A DNA stretch of 64,000 nucleotides from Candidatus Latescibacterota bacterium (GTDB lineage Bacteria; Latescibacterota; UBA2968; GCA-2709665): assembly GCA_963662665.2 (NCBI GenBank), contig CAXXJS010000040.1, positions 256,001-320,000 of the forward strand. Reading direction: 5' to 3'. Position numbers and translations under genes: made by a program. Below the pieces are notes generated by a model. That model did no database searches. It saw nothing but the letters and a program-made list of their open reading frames with translations, and was not told where the DNA came from. Positions 29,464 to 40,338 of the stretch are shown here, piece after piece; position 1 is the stretch's first letter; each line of letters opens with the position of its first letter.

Positions 29464-32325
29464 ATGAAAGAAAAAATGGAATTCGGCGATTACTTGCGTT
29501 CGCTGAGAGCGAAGGAAAACATCAGCTTACGGTCACTCTCATCTGCCGTGGGAGTCGATCCGGCTCACTTCTCACGAATCGAGGCAGGAAAAATCCTGCC
29601 ATCTGAATCGCTAATCGTGCGGCTCACCCGGGTCTTGGATTGCGATCCAGAGGAAATGTTGCTACTTTCGGGCAGACTGACAAAGGTGATGAAAAAGTTC
29701 GTAGCAAATGATCCTCGATATGCAACATCTGTCCTGAATCGCGTATCTGACGTGTCCGTCGCAGAGACGGTCGTACCCTATGGTGTACCGGACTTAGTGG
29801 AATTCAGTCTTAAATTGGGCGAAGACACTCTATCTGAACGGCCTCAAGCTCAGCGAAAGGAAGCCGGACAATTCCTCACACCCGATCTGGTCGGCCGCTT
29901 TATGGCCACGCAACTCGGACCGCTACGTGACGGCGAAAGATTGCTCGATCCATCCATCGGTTCCGGTGTACTGGCATGTGCCCTCGTCGAGTGCGCGATC
30001 AATGAAGGACGCCCAATAGAACTCTGGATCGACGGATACGAAATCGACAAAGAGTTATCTGAAGTTTCCCGCGTGGCACTTGAACGGGCAGCGAGACGAG
30101 CCAAGGAAAAGGGAATTACCGTTCACGTGCAGGTGTACAATCGGGATTTTATCTTGGATTGCACCCCTTCTTCTCAGCTTGGGTTATTCCAGGCCAACGC
30201 AAAAGGTAAAGCGAGAAAGCCGTTACGTTACAACAAAATTATCGCAAATCCACCATATTTCAAACTCAATAGCGACGACACTCGCGTGAAAGCGGTAGCA
30301 GGACAGATAAACGGACATTCGAACATCTACACACTGTTCATGGCACTCTCAGCGAGAATGCTCGCGCCTGACGGATGCGCGTGTTTCATCGTGCCGCGCA
30401 GCTTCTGCTCAGGCGCTTACTTCTCCTCATTCAGGCGAGAGTTTCTAAGCCAAACGCTGCCCCTTTCACTTCACCTGTTCGAATCACGACACGAGACGTT
30501 CAGCAAAGATTCCGTCCTTCAGGAAAATGTCATCATTACATTCCGCAGGTTACAGAGCAAAAACGTACCTGAATCCGGGTTCATCAGAATCTCATCTTCG
30601 AAAAATGCTCTGGATATAGGTAAATCGAAAACCCGAACGATATCGATGAACCATTTTATTCGGGAGTACGAAAACAAGCTCAACTTCAGATTGCCGACGA
30701 GCGAGTTCGACGAACAGGTCATTGAAGTCGTGGATAGCTGGCCGGATACGTTGCAGAAATACGGTTGGGAAGTGTCAACAGGTCCGGTGGTTGCGTTCCG
30801 TGCTCGACAATATCTCGCGGATGAAGGTGCAGTTGAACAGAAAGAAGCAATCCCGCTTCTATGGATGCGCAACATCCGTCACCGAAAAGTTGAGTGGCCG
30901 GCGACGAAAGGCAATAAGCCGCAGAGCATCCTTCTCGGCGAAGCCACTCACGATCTGTCCGTTCCGGTTTCCAACTACGTCCTGCTTCGCAGGTTTAGCG
31001 CAAAAGAAGAACCGCGCCGTCTGATTGCCGCGCCCGTTCTGAGAGAACAATTTACACACAAAAGGATTGGGCTGGAGAATCATCTTAATTATATATACAA
31101 GAAAGACGGCGAACTGGATGCCGACGAGACGCTTGGACTATCAGCAATTTTCAACAGTGCACTATTGGATCGTTACTTCCGTATTTCAAATGGAAATACC
31201 CAGGTAAACGCAACGGAATTACGCGCACTGCCACTTCCTCATCGAGCAGTCATCAGACAAATTGGTGAACGGTATCGGTCTGCTGATCAATCTGAGACAG
31301 GAGTAGATATAGATGTTCTGGTATTTTCGACGTTGCGAGAATCTGGATGTATTCCAGAAGATTTCCCTACAATAGAGGAAACCCGTATGGCGACAGGACG
31401 AATACAGGAGGCTCAGGACGTCTTGGAATTTTTAGGGCTGCCTTCTGCACAACAAAACGAGATGTCGGCACTGACATTGCTCGTATTGGCGCAGCTTTCC
31501 GAAGAAACACCCTGGGCGGATGCCGAGAGTCGTAGTTTGCGTATACACGATATATTGGCAGAAATCAAGGGCAGATACAATCGCGAATATGCGGAGAACA
31601 CCCGTGAGACGATTCGTAGGCAGGTCATTCATCAATTCGAGCAGGCAGGGCTTGTAGTACGAAACCCGGAAGACCTTTCCCTATCGACAAACAGCCCGCG
31701 CACCCATTATGCATTGTCTGAATCCGCGGTCCGGACCATTAACACGTACGGTACCGAAATGTGGCAACAAGCGGTTGCATCATTCAATGATGCAAAAGGC
31801 GTACTATTCGAGATTTATCGGAAACGCCGGGATCTGCACATGGTGCCATTGCGATTGCCCAGCGGCAAGGCGTACCATCTCTCGCCCGGTTCACACAACA
31901 AACTACAGGCTGCTGTTGTTGAAGAATTCGGCCCGCGATTCGCACCCGGAGCCCAGCTTCTCTACCTTGGCGATACAGAAGATAAGACGTTAATTGTGGA
32001 TGAGGAGACCTTTCACGAGCTTGGTTTGCCTGCGCCAAGCCACGACAAGTTGCCCGATTTAGTTTTATTTGAAAAAATAAGGAAACGGCTGTTTCTGATT
32101 GAGGCCGTCACTTCTCACGGCCCGGTTTCTCCAAAACGCCACTTCGAACTGGAGGAGACGTTCAAAGGCTGCATTGCGAAGCGAATATACGTCAGTGCGT
32201 TTCCTGATTTCAACATCTTTAAAAATTTCATCACCGAAATCGCCTGGGAAACGGAAGTCTGGTTATCCGAAATACCTGACCATCTGATTCACTTCAACGG
32301 AGACCGATATCTGGCACCCATTTGA
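29464..32325 (+). CDS. XRE-HTH + N6-adenine methyltransferase + BsuBI/PstI-family restriction endonuclease fusion
   Basis: N-terminal Cro/XRE HTH. MTase motifs GQFLTP, LDPSIGSG and NPPY. REase part: LGLP.AQQNE.SAL, YAENTRETIRRQ, LSPG.H, PD..L..IEAVTSHGP, IAWETEVW, HFNG. Confidence 0.9.
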   Translation: MKEKMEFGDYLRSLRAKENISLRSLSSAVGVDPAHFSRIEAGKILPSESLIVRLTRVLDCDPEEMLLLSGRLTKVMKKFVANDPRYATSVLNRVSDVSVAETVVPYGVPDLVEFSLKLGEDTLSERPQAQRKEAGQFLTPDLVGRFMATQLGPLRDGERLLDPSIGSGVLACALVECAINEGRPIELWIDGYEIDKELSEVSRVALERAARRAKEKGITVHVQVYNRDFILDCTPSSQLGLFQANAKGKARKPLRYNKIIANPPYFKLNSDDTRVKAVAGQINGHSNIYTLFMALSARMLAPDGCACFIVPRSFCSGAYFSSFRREFLSQTLPLSLHLFESRHETFSKDSVLQENVIITFRRLQSKNVPESGFIRISSSKNALDIGKSKTRTISMNHFIREYENKLNFRLPTSEFDEQVIEVVDSWPDTLQKYGWEVSTGPVVAFRARQYLADEGAVEQKEAIPLLWMRNIRHRKVEWPATKGNKPQSILLGEATHDLSVPVSNYVLLRRFSAKEEPRRLIAAPVLREQFTHKRIGLENHLNYIYKKDGELDADETLGLSAIFNSALLDRYFRISNGNTQVNATELRALPLPHRAVIRQIGERYRSADQSETGVDIDVLVFSTLRESGCIPEDFPTIEETRMATGRIQEAQDVLEFLGLPSAQQNEMSALTLLVLAQLSEETPWADAESRSLRIHDILAEIKGRYNREYAENTRETIRRQVIHQFEQAGLVVRNPEDLSLSTNSPRTHYALSESAVRTINTYGTEMWQQAVASFNDAKGVLFEIYRKRRDLHMVPLRLPSGKAYHLSPGSHNKLQAAVVEEFGPRFAPGAQLLYLGDTEDKTLIVDEETFHELGLPAPSHDKLPDLVLFEKIRKRLFLIEAVTSHGPVSPKRHFELEETFKGCIAKRIYVSAFPDFNIFKNFITEIAWETEVWLSEIPDHLIHFNGDRYLAPI

Positions 32326-32626
32326 GACCGTCTAGAGCTCTCCCAAGTGTCTATCCAGTCCACAGGCTTTTAGATAGTAATTCGTAGAAATGTACCACCC
32401 AGCTTGTTGCAAAATATGTCGTGAGCAGACTGGTCAAACACCATTACTGACTGGGTGGACATTTCGGTGCTGGCACTGCCCCCGCTCTGGCAGCTTCGGA
32501 ACTAGGCCAGATCCACTCCAGTTTCCTGTGGAGACAGCTACAAACGTCGCCTACCTTCCTCCACCGTCTTCAGTTCTTGTTCTCGCCGCCATCCTTTGCT
32601 TGCCTCGCCACACTCTCCCTCTCCGG

Positions 32627-33329
32627 TCAGGCATTCACCTCTCGACACTGAACCAGTACCTGGAACAGAACGATGGGACGGATGTACTCGACGTCATCCC
32701 GAGCCCTTTCTGACAACGCGGCGCGGGCGGCTACGGCCCCGTTTTCCAACATCTCCAGGCCCGTTGAGGTCCGTCGCACCCCAGAGAAATGCGGTTCCAT
32801 TTGCTCGTTGTGCGCGTAGACCTTGCGTCCCTCGGTGCTCTTCACCCTCAGCGTCTGGATGGTGCCAATTACAATGCAGCACTGATAGCGGATATCGTGC
32901 GGTCGGATGTGCGTGAAATCCGCAATGTCAAATGTCCGCACCCTACCTTCAAAGGCCTCGTCCAACACCTGTCGATAAGCATGGCTGGGGCTTTTCAGCG
33001 CGTCGACGGTCTGCCTACGAATGGTATTCGTCGGTACCAGCCAAACACCAGTGGATAGTCCTTCTCAACCCACGCATTGCGCACAACGGATACGGCATGA
33101 GCGGCAAGGATGGTTTTGCCACCGCCTGTGGGAAGGCACAGGCAGACGTAGGGAACGTCCGGCAATTCTATTAACGGCACATCAGCTCCGGCGTAGCCCC
33201 CAGCCGCCCGGCCTGTTCCGGTTCTCTTGTAATCGCCTCGTAGGCGTTCTTGGGTCCGGCTACTCGCGTTTCATCAAAAAATCGGCGCAGAACGGAGAGC
33301 GTGTCGGCTTGATATCGTTTCAGCGGCAT
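32627..33329 (-). pseudogene. Type III restriction (Res, DEAD/DEAH) subunit, truncated and frameshifted
   Basis: MPLKRYQ..., VPYVCLCLPTGGGKT (Walker A) and TIQTLRV...GRKVYAHNE are spread over several frames. Confidence 0.8.
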
Positions 33330-33351
33330 GGATCGGGTCCGTTAACTCCCT

Positions 33352-33885
33352 TTATGACAAGGACGAGTCTGGCAGCGTGGCGTCTTCTTCAAGGCCGAGG
33401 TCGTACAGCAGAAACCTTGCTTTGTCGATCCGTCCACCCGTCGCTTTGAGAGGCTTGCGCATTTTCAACTCTTCGATGGCCCGCTCAGCGTATCCCTCTT
33501 TCATCAGATAGACAATGGCAGCCGCGAGCTCCAAAACGGTATCCGATGCCTCCGCCATCTTCCGTAATCGTTCACGGGCATCGGTAGCCGAAAGCTCACC
33601 CAGGTTGTCCGGATCGTCATCAGACTCTTTCTGTTTGAAACTCAGATACGAGACATCGTACCGGCCGAGCTTTTCCTCGATTTCAATCCGACCTTCGGCC
33701 TGTGCGTCCTCCCATCCCTCGGCAAGCTCGAAGGAATAAGGACCGCTATAGTGATACGCAAACGAGAGCTCAAATTTCGCCCCGCAACGATCCAGAAGGT
33801 AGGCTTCTCTCTGCAGCCGTGTCTGGCCGTTCAGTTCCCGTCCATTCAGTTTTACCAAATTGACCACGACGTCTCTGGCATTCAT
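33352..33885 (-). CDS. YwgA-like winged-helix protein
   Basis: G.TRLQ..AYLL, F.YHY.GPYS.EL and LELAA motifs; coupled to the HD gene. Confidence 0.65.
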   Translation of the reverse strand: MNARDVVVNLVKLNGRELNGQTRLQREAYLLDRCGAKFELSFAYHYSGPYSFELAEGWEDAQAEGRIEIEEKLGRYDVSYLSFKQKESDDDPDNLGELSATDARERLRKMAEASDTVLELAAAIVYLMKEGYAERAIEELKMRKPLKATGGRIDKARFLLYDLGLEEDATLPDSSLS

Positions 33886-35234
33886 GGATTGACCTCCTTC
33901 AAAACTTGACTGATTTCCTCTATCTGGCTTTGTTCCGGTGCGTAAACCCGCTGAATACGCTCCGCGTCACGAAGCGCAGGGACGATTGAGGACACATTGG
34001 CAATGTCCTTCGGTTCTTGATCCTCGGCGCGTGTTTTCACCAAAACTTTATTTAGTGCCGACGAATCGTCAAAATCGTACCATCTGTAGAACACGACCTC
34101 CGCGTCGTCTAATAGAAGGCTGTCATATTCCTTGTAATCGGCTCTCAATTTACGCCGGGAGCGAGTGTATAGATTGCCCTGTGGCTTGTCCCGAATGCCT
34201 ATATCGAAACACTTGTAAAGCCGCCGGTCACGCAGACGGCTTGCCAACTCAGCAATGTTAGTTTGGGATGAAGAAGCAAGAGCCGCCACGGTGGCCCAAA
34301 CTGAGGCATCGTCGAGCTTGAGATACGAACTCAACGAAGACGATTCGGACATAAAGAAATTTAACACTGGATCCTGTTGTACCAATTTATCCTCTCGTAG
34401 ATCCTTCGTGCAGATCCTCAGCAGAGCCTCGAACATTTTCTCAGCGCACCTCGTAGTCTTGTGCATATAGACCGCTTTGTAGAGGCGGAAACGGGCTTCC
34501 AGGTACTCCTCCGCGACCTGCACACCCTTGAGATTGAGATACAGACACTGCACTTCGACCGGTCCATCCATATCAATAGTAACCGGACCGGCCTCAAGGC
34601 AATCAAGCAACCAGCTACAATCGAGATGCGCGAACTCGACTCCAGTCATCAGGCGGTCCCGCTGCAGGTAGTCGAGCCGGTCGGCGTCGAACTGACTGGA
34701 AACAATGGTGGCGTAGATGTCCTTCGGCTCTTCCTCCTTTATAAGCGCGCTGATGTCCTTCGGCAGCCTCGTGTCCACCTCTTGCAATATGCTCTTGACC
34801 TCCGTATCGCCCTGGAGGATCTCCGCACTCCAATCCTCATGGCGTTTGCCCCCGCCGGTCGCCAGAGCCGCGTGTTCGAAGACATGGCTCAATGGACCAT
34901 GCCCGATATCGTGCAGTAGTGCGGCCAACAGCGCCACCCTTGTTCTATCCTCGTCAAACTCCTGGTTCTTTAGACGGCGTCTGATTACGTCAACGATTCG
35001 ACGCGCAATGTGATAGACGCCGACAGCGTGTGCAAAACGGCTATGTGTCGCGCCGGGATATACCAGGTCGGAGAAACCCAAATGACGGATTCGGCGTAGG
35101 CGTTGGAACTCGGGTGTATTGAGCAAACGCCACGCGATCTGGTCCGTCTCATTTTGGGCTTTGTCGTTTCCGTCCCCGAACACAATCAGCCCATGGACCG
35201 GGTCGCGGATGCGCCATGTATTTCTATCGTTCAT
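33882..35234 (-). CDS. HD-domain phosphohydrolase (YwfO/SAMHD1-like dNTPase family)
   Basis: IRDPVHG, FQRLRRI, YPGATHSRFAH, LLHDIGHGP.SH, DADRLDY and VYMHKT motifs. Confidence 0.9.
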   Translation of the reverse strand: MNDRNTWRIRDPVHGLIVFGDGNDKAQNETDQIAWRLLNTPEFQRLRRIRHLGFSDLVYPGATHSRFAHAVGVYHIARRIVDVIRRRLKNQEFDEDRTRVALLAALLHDIGHGPLSHVFEHAALATGGGKRHEDWSAEILQGDTEVKSILQEVDTRLPKDISALIKEEEPKDIYATIVSSQFDADRLDYLQRDRLMTGVEFAHLDCSWLLDCLEAGPVTIDMDGPVEVQCLYLNLKGVQVAEEYLEARFRLYKAVYMHKTTRCAEKMFEALLRICTKDLREDKLVQQDPVLNFFMSESSSLSSYLKLDDASVWATVAALASSSQTNIAELASRLRDRRLYKCFDIGIRDKPQGNLYTRSRRKLRADYKEYDSLLLDDAEVVFYRWYDFDDSSALNKVLVKTRAEDQEPKDIANVSSIVPALRDAERIQRVYAPEQSQIEEISQVLKEVNP

Positions 35235-35313
35235 GCAGCCTCCGCTTGAACGCTCGCATATTTTCGTCGGTGTGACGACGATTATGAACCCCGCCCAAGC
35301 GCGAGATCCCCAT

Positions 35314-35760
35314 TTAATTCCTGGTCTTCACGTCGTAGGTTGTCTGCTTGAAGACGATGCCCTCACGGTCGAGTGTTGACGGCGTCAAGCGCGACTGCTC
35401 GCCATTTACCGTCAGCGTACCATCGAAACCCGCATCCTTTCGCGCAATCTCTCTACGAATAATCGGCAGAGTCTTTCGGGTCAAGACATTGCCGTGGCCC
35501 GGTTGCGCGTCGCCGACGATGCCGTTTGTACAGCAGGGCAAAGGCGCGACCATCGTGCAGACCGAGGAATGGAGAGTCTCTGTTCCCGTCCCACGCACGC
35601 CCGGTCTCGCTGAAATAGACGTGGGCGGCCAGCACGGAAAATCGGATATTCGAGCAAATATGCCCTTCCTCGTCGAACACGGGCGGACCGAGGCGATAGA
35701 ACCGAAACCCGCCGCCCTGCTCGCCGTCGATAACTTTCCGCAACCGCGGGACACAATGTG
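35314..35760 (-). pseudogene. Type III Mod methyltransferase, C-terminal fragment (frameshifted)
   Basis: MGKHA.THC.PRLRKVIDGEQ, GGGFRFYRLG, LLYNGI.GD..P..GNVLT and FKQT.YD motifs. Confidence 0.75.
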
Positions 35761-35764
35761 TCAT

Positions 35765-35917
35765 AGCGTGCTTACCCAAAAACGATGGCAGCGGTTACAC
35801 AGTCACAAACTCATTGAACTCGTCCTCCAGGGCGTTGAATTTCAGGACGGAGACATCAAAGCCGCCGCTTAGTCCATCAGGATGCGCTCGCTACCATCCA
35901 CAACATTTGACAATATA
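35765..35917 (+). mobile_element. IS256-family remnant (transposase C-terminus + right end) inside mod
   Basis: KRWQRL.....I..V.QGVEFQDG..KAAA* followed by ATCCACAACATTTGACAATA. Confidence 0.6.
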
Positions 35918-36029
35918 CGCGGTTCGGATTATTCCGGGAGATGTCGATCATTTTTCGGGTCTCTTGACCTACGCCATCATAAGCCGGCGGGACCGGCTGA
36001 ACCACCCTGTCTGCATTGTCTAGCACGAA

Positions 36030-36375
36030 TTCGTTAAGGTGAATTACTATAGTACCCGTCGGCGCGAGCAAGTCACGTAACAACTCAAGGCGGGCGTACA
36101 TCATACCAAGCCAAATTGAGTGTTCGACATTGTCATCATAATGCTGAAACGCCTGACCCGTGTTAAATGGCGGGTCTATGTAAATACATTTCACTTGACC
36201 TGCATTGAACGGAAGCAGCGCCTTCAGTGCTTCCAGATTGTCCCCCTGGATGAACATGTTACCGTCGTCCAATTCGCAGGTGGAAAGGTCGGGGGCTTCT
36301 TCCAACAGCCGAAAGGGTACCCGCGCGGCAGCCTGGATGTCGGCCTCTCGTGTCAACCAGTTCAAGGGTTGGCAT
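36030..36375 (-). pseudogene. Type III Mod methyltransferase, N-terminal fragment
   Basis: MPTLNWL.., IQGDNLEALKAL, KCIYIDPPFNTG and HYDD motifs; homology breaks off after IVIHL. Confidence 0.85.
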
Positions 36376-37628
36376 CAGCTATCGTCCTCCTGAATTCCCG
36401 ACATCGCTTCGTCGTATTCCGCAATCCATTCTTCGGCTTCTTCCTCAGTGTAGGCCCCGGTAAAGATATGGCTGAATCCCGTCGGCAGTTCATTGCTTTC
36501 CGGCGCGATTATATGCGATTCCAGTTTCCTTCGTAACTTTTTTGCTTTTTCGTTAGACAAGCCTTCGACCAGGGAGTCCACCTCTTCTCGACTCAGTCCC
36601 CCTGCGAATACTATTCCCGACAGATCGGTTTCTTTGTCAATCTGCTGACGGATGCGATCAGCAAATGCGTCAGGGGCTATCGCACTATTGACACCTTCCA
36701 AATGGGCATGTGAGAGATCGGCCCCTTGTAATTTCACACCGCCAAGCCAGGCACCTTGCAAACATGTATGATAAAGCCTGGCGCCCTGCATCTGCGCGCT
36801 GAAAAGCTCGGCCCCATGTAGACACGCCCGGAAAAGCTGAGCCCCCTGCATGTGCGCCTCAATAAAATCAGCCGCCTGCAGGTGTGCCACTTCAAGATTA
36901 GCCCCTTGCAGACGGGCCTTACAAAAATTGGCTTTTTGCAGGTGTGCCTTATAGAAAATGGTGCCTTGCAGATACGCATTGGCCAAGACAGCCTTTTCCA
37001 AATGCGCTCCCCTGATATCTGCACCGTTCAGCCAACTTCCCTGCAAGTTGACGTGGAGACGTTTGAAAACTTCGTGCCGTTGTACGAACAACAACGTCAA
37101 CAGGCTTTGTACTTCTTCCGAGGGGTTCGAACTTTGCTTTTCGCGATACGCATCTTCGCCTGTCGTCTGCCGAATATGTGCGCAAAGAATGTCCAGCACG
37201 GTCTGTCGCAACGCCTCGGTATCTTCCGCCAAATGAAACAGTTCGTATGCTCCTCCAAGGCGAACAGAGTCAGACTCATGTCCGAGGTGTTCGATGGCGT
37301 TCTTCATTCGCTCCTGACGCTGTCCCTCCTCCGTCTTAAGCACGGCGCTGGCTTGGGTATTGGCGGTTTCCTCCATCGCTTTAGCCCGTTTGTAGGACAT
37401 CAGTGCTTGCAATGCGACAAGAACGCCTCCCATACCAATTCCCACGAACTTTAGTGCCTCGTGTTTTGTTTCCTCCCCTTCGGCTAATCCCAGCAACTCG
37501 AAAATCCACTGGGGCTCCCTGGACCACATTGCGATGGCGAATACCGAGATCATCACGACCAAAAGTGCAACTAATCCGGTCTGGAATATCGAAAAGAGGT
37601 TCCGCCTAATCGTATAGTGAAACTTCAT
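36375..37628 (-). CDS. Membrane-anchored pentapeptide-repeat protein 1
   Basis: Two TM helices; ER..NAIEHLG....VRLGGAYEL; A(D/N)L.. pentapeptide repeats; AYTEEEAE.WI tail. Confidence 0.9.
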   Translation of the reverse strand: MKFHYTIRRNLFSIFQTGLVALLVVMISVFAIAMWSREPQWIFELLGLAEGEETKHEALKFVGIGMGGVLVALQALMSYKRAKAMEETANTQASAVLKTEEGQRQERMKNAIEHLGHESDSVRLGGAYELFHLAEDTEALRQTVLDILCAHIRQTTGEDAYREKQSSNPSEEVQSLLTLLFVQRHEVFKRLHVNLQGSWLNGADIRGAHLEKAVLANAYLQGTIFYKAHLQKANFCKARLQGANLEVAHLQAADFIEAHMQGAQLFRACLHGAELFSAQMQGARLYHTCLQGAWLGGVKLQGADLSHAHLEGVNSAIAPDAFADRIRQQIDKETDLSGIVFAGGLSREEVDSLVEGLSNEKAKKLRRKLESHIIAPESNELPTGFSHIFTGAYTEEEAEEWIAEYDEAMSGIQEDDS

Positions 37629-37721
37629 CGCTTTTCCTCAGAAACGAACAGTCCGAATTCCGAAGGAACCGCCGCTTAAGCTAGATTACCGCGTCCCGGA
37701 TCAATCAGATCTGGTTCTGCA

Positions 37722-39076
37722 TCAGCCTTCGTTCTCCGACGCCTCTCCCGTCGCTTCTTCATATTCGTCGATCCATTTCTCAGCTTCTTCTTCGGCATAG
37801 GATCCTATCATGGCGCCGCTATCTTTCGGCAAATCATTGTTCGCCGGCCTGCCAACATGACTGATCATTTTCTTTCGTAACTCAACTTCCGCCTGTTGTA
37901 GCTCATCTTCCTTGTAGAGCAAACCGCCTGCTTCTTCTCTCGGAAAGTTACTCAAAAAGGAGTCGACATGCTTTTGGCACACACCTCCTTCGAAAATCAC
38001 AGAAGACAAATCACTTTTTCGTTCGATCGCGTGCCTTATCTGTTGTGAGTACGATCTATCTAAATCAACCTCGCGTTGGATCCCGTGCAGCTGTGCATGC
38101 TTAAGTACGGCTCCTTGTAGCTGCACGTCCATAAGAACGGTTCCCTGCAATTGTGCCTTAGCGAGATTAACCCCTTGCATCTGTGCATACAAGAAAACTG
38201 CCCCGCGCAGCTGTGACTGGCCAAGATTAGCTCCTTGTAACCGAACTTCGTAGGTATGGACACCATTCAATTCTGCTTTTTCCAAATAAGCTCCGCGCAT
38301 CTGCGTACAATAGAGCACAACACCATTTAGTTTCGCACTAGATAAATTAGCTCCCTCAAGATGCGCCTCGTACATGTGGGCTTGAGTTAAGTTCGCATAT
38401 GCTAAACCGGCTCCGTTCAGCCAGCTTCCATTAAGGTTGATATGGAGTCCCTCGAATAATTCTGTCTCGCTTCCGAATAACAAATCCAATATACCTTGTA
38501 CTTCCGGTGAGGGCTTAGACGTGTGCTTTTCCCTATATCCGATTTCGCCAGTCTTATGGCGAATGTGAGAGCAAAGAATATCCAATACTGTCTGTTGTAA
38601 ATGTATGGCTTCATCCGCTGAAGTAGTGTCTCTCGCCAGATGAAATAGCTCGTACGCCCCTCCCAGTCGCACGGATTCGGAATCATGCCCGGAGATGTTC
38701 AATTGCGTTTTTCATGCGCTCCTGACGCTGTCCTTTTTCCACGTGTGCGACAGTATCCTCCACGGCTTGTGCTCGTCTTTGGGTAGCCAGAGCCTGAAGG
38801 GCAACTAGAATTCCACCCATAGCAATTCCAACGAATTTCAGGATTTCCGCCTTTCCGGACAGGCTCCTAGCAAGAAAGTCACGTGCTCCTCGATATTTAC
38901 GGAAAACACTACACCCACAAATACCGTGAATCCTCCAACAAGCAGGAATATGAGGAGGAGTTGAAACAATAGGAAGAGGTAGTGTGTAAACTTAGCATAA
39001 AAACCCATCTCGAATTCCCTCCAATTGTTGTCAGGGTCTTTTGCCAAAAACGATGGCTTTCCGATTTCTTAACCAT
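37722..39076 (-). pseudogene. Pentapeptide-repeat paralog 2 (several frameshifts in the 5' third)
   Basis: TM fragment (38838-39047) and QERMKNAI / GHDSESVRLGGAYELF lie in different frames; the start overlaps the upstream stop. Confidence 0.8.
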
Positions 39077-40338
39077 CAGCTCTCATCCTCCCCCGCCTCT
39101 CCCGTCGCTTCCTTGTATTCCGCAATCCACTTCTCGGCTTCTTCTTCGGTGTAGGCGCCGATAACCGCGCCGCTTTGTTCAGGAAGTTCGTAGGTCCTGC
39201 CCTTGCCGACGTGGGGCGTCAGCTTTTCCCTTAACGCGTTTGCCGTTTCGTGGTACATCCCATCCAGAACCGATTCCACCTCCTCCAACGTCAATCCGCC
39301 GCCGAAGACGGCCCCGCTCAGGTCGGTCTCCTCACCGATTGACTGCGTCACCCGCTGAGCAAAGGAATCGGGGTAATCAACGTGACTCCTCACGCCCTGA
39401 AGCTGCGCGTCATTGAGGTCCGCCCCCTGCAGATTCGCTCCCACGATAAAGGCGCCCTGCAGATGCGTCCGGGAAAGCGAGGCGCCACGCAACATCGACC
39501 GCGCAAGGTCGGCCCCCTGCAGATTCGCCCTGGAAAGGCCCGCGGCGTCGAGGCGCGCGCCGACCAGGTCCGCTCCCTGAAGCCTCGCCCAGGAGAGACC
39601 GGCCACCTGCAGATGCGCCCATGACAGGTCCGCGCCCTGGAGCTGCGCGCCCACAAGGTCCGCGCCCTGAAGCCTCGCCTCCGCAAGATTGGCTCCGCAA
39701 AGGTACGCGGTGCATAGCGTCGCACCGTTCAACCAGCTTCCCTGCAGGTCGATGCGAAGGCCTTTCCAGATTCCGTCGGGCGAGGTGAACAGCAGGTTCA
39801 GCAGGCCCTGGACCTCCTCCGATGGTGTCGACATGTACCTTCTACGATACGTGTCCTGGCCCGTGGTGCGTCGGATGTGCGCGCAAAGAATGTCCAGCGC
39901 CGGCTGGCGCAATATTTCGGTATCCTGCGCGAGGTGGAAAAGTTCGTAGGCGCCGCCCTGGCGCACCGCCGCCGAGTCGTGGCCAAGGTGTTCCACTCCG
40001 TTATGGAGGCGTTCATGCCGCCGCCCCACTTCGGCGTCTCGGCTGGCCCGCGCCTGCTCCATTGCTGCCCTGGCCTGCTCGCCCGCAGCGTCGGCCTGCG
40101 CTCTCGCGACGCCCTCCAGTTCTCGAGCGCGTTTATGGGATATCAGGGCGTTCAGGGCTACCACGATACCTGCCGAGCCGATCCCCAGGAATTTGAGTGC
40201 TTCGGAATTCCGGTATAGACCCAGAAGCGCGGATAAATAAATCCCGAAGGACGGGAATAACAGGAGGTACAACAGCGCCGCCAACGCAATGACGAGCAGG
40301 GCAACCAGAACCGTCTGCAAGATCAGAAAGTGATTCAT
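39076..40338 (-). CDS. Membrane-anchored pentapeptide-repeat protein 3
   Basis: Same architecture as paralog 1, with LQGADL repeats. Confidence 0.9.
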   Translation of the reverse strand: MNHFLILQTVLVALLVIALAALLYLLLFPSFGIYLSALLGLYRNSEALKFLGIGSAGIVVALNALISHKRARELEGVARAQADAAGEQARAAMEQARASRDAEVGRRHERLHNGVEHLGHDSAAVRQGGAYELFHLAQDTEILRQPALDILCAHIRRTTGQDTYRRRYMSTPSEEVQGLLNLLFTSPDGIWKGLRIDLQGSWLNGATLCTAYLCGANLAEARLQGADLVGAQLQGADLSWAHLQVAGLSWARLQGADLVGARLDAAGLSRANLQGADLARSMLRGASLSRTHLQGAFIVGANLQGADLNDAQLQGVRSHVDYPDSFAQRVTQSIGEETDLSGAVFGGGLTLEEVESVLDGMYHETANALREKLTPHVGKGRTYELPEQSGAVIGAYTEEEAEKWIAEYKEATGEAGEDES

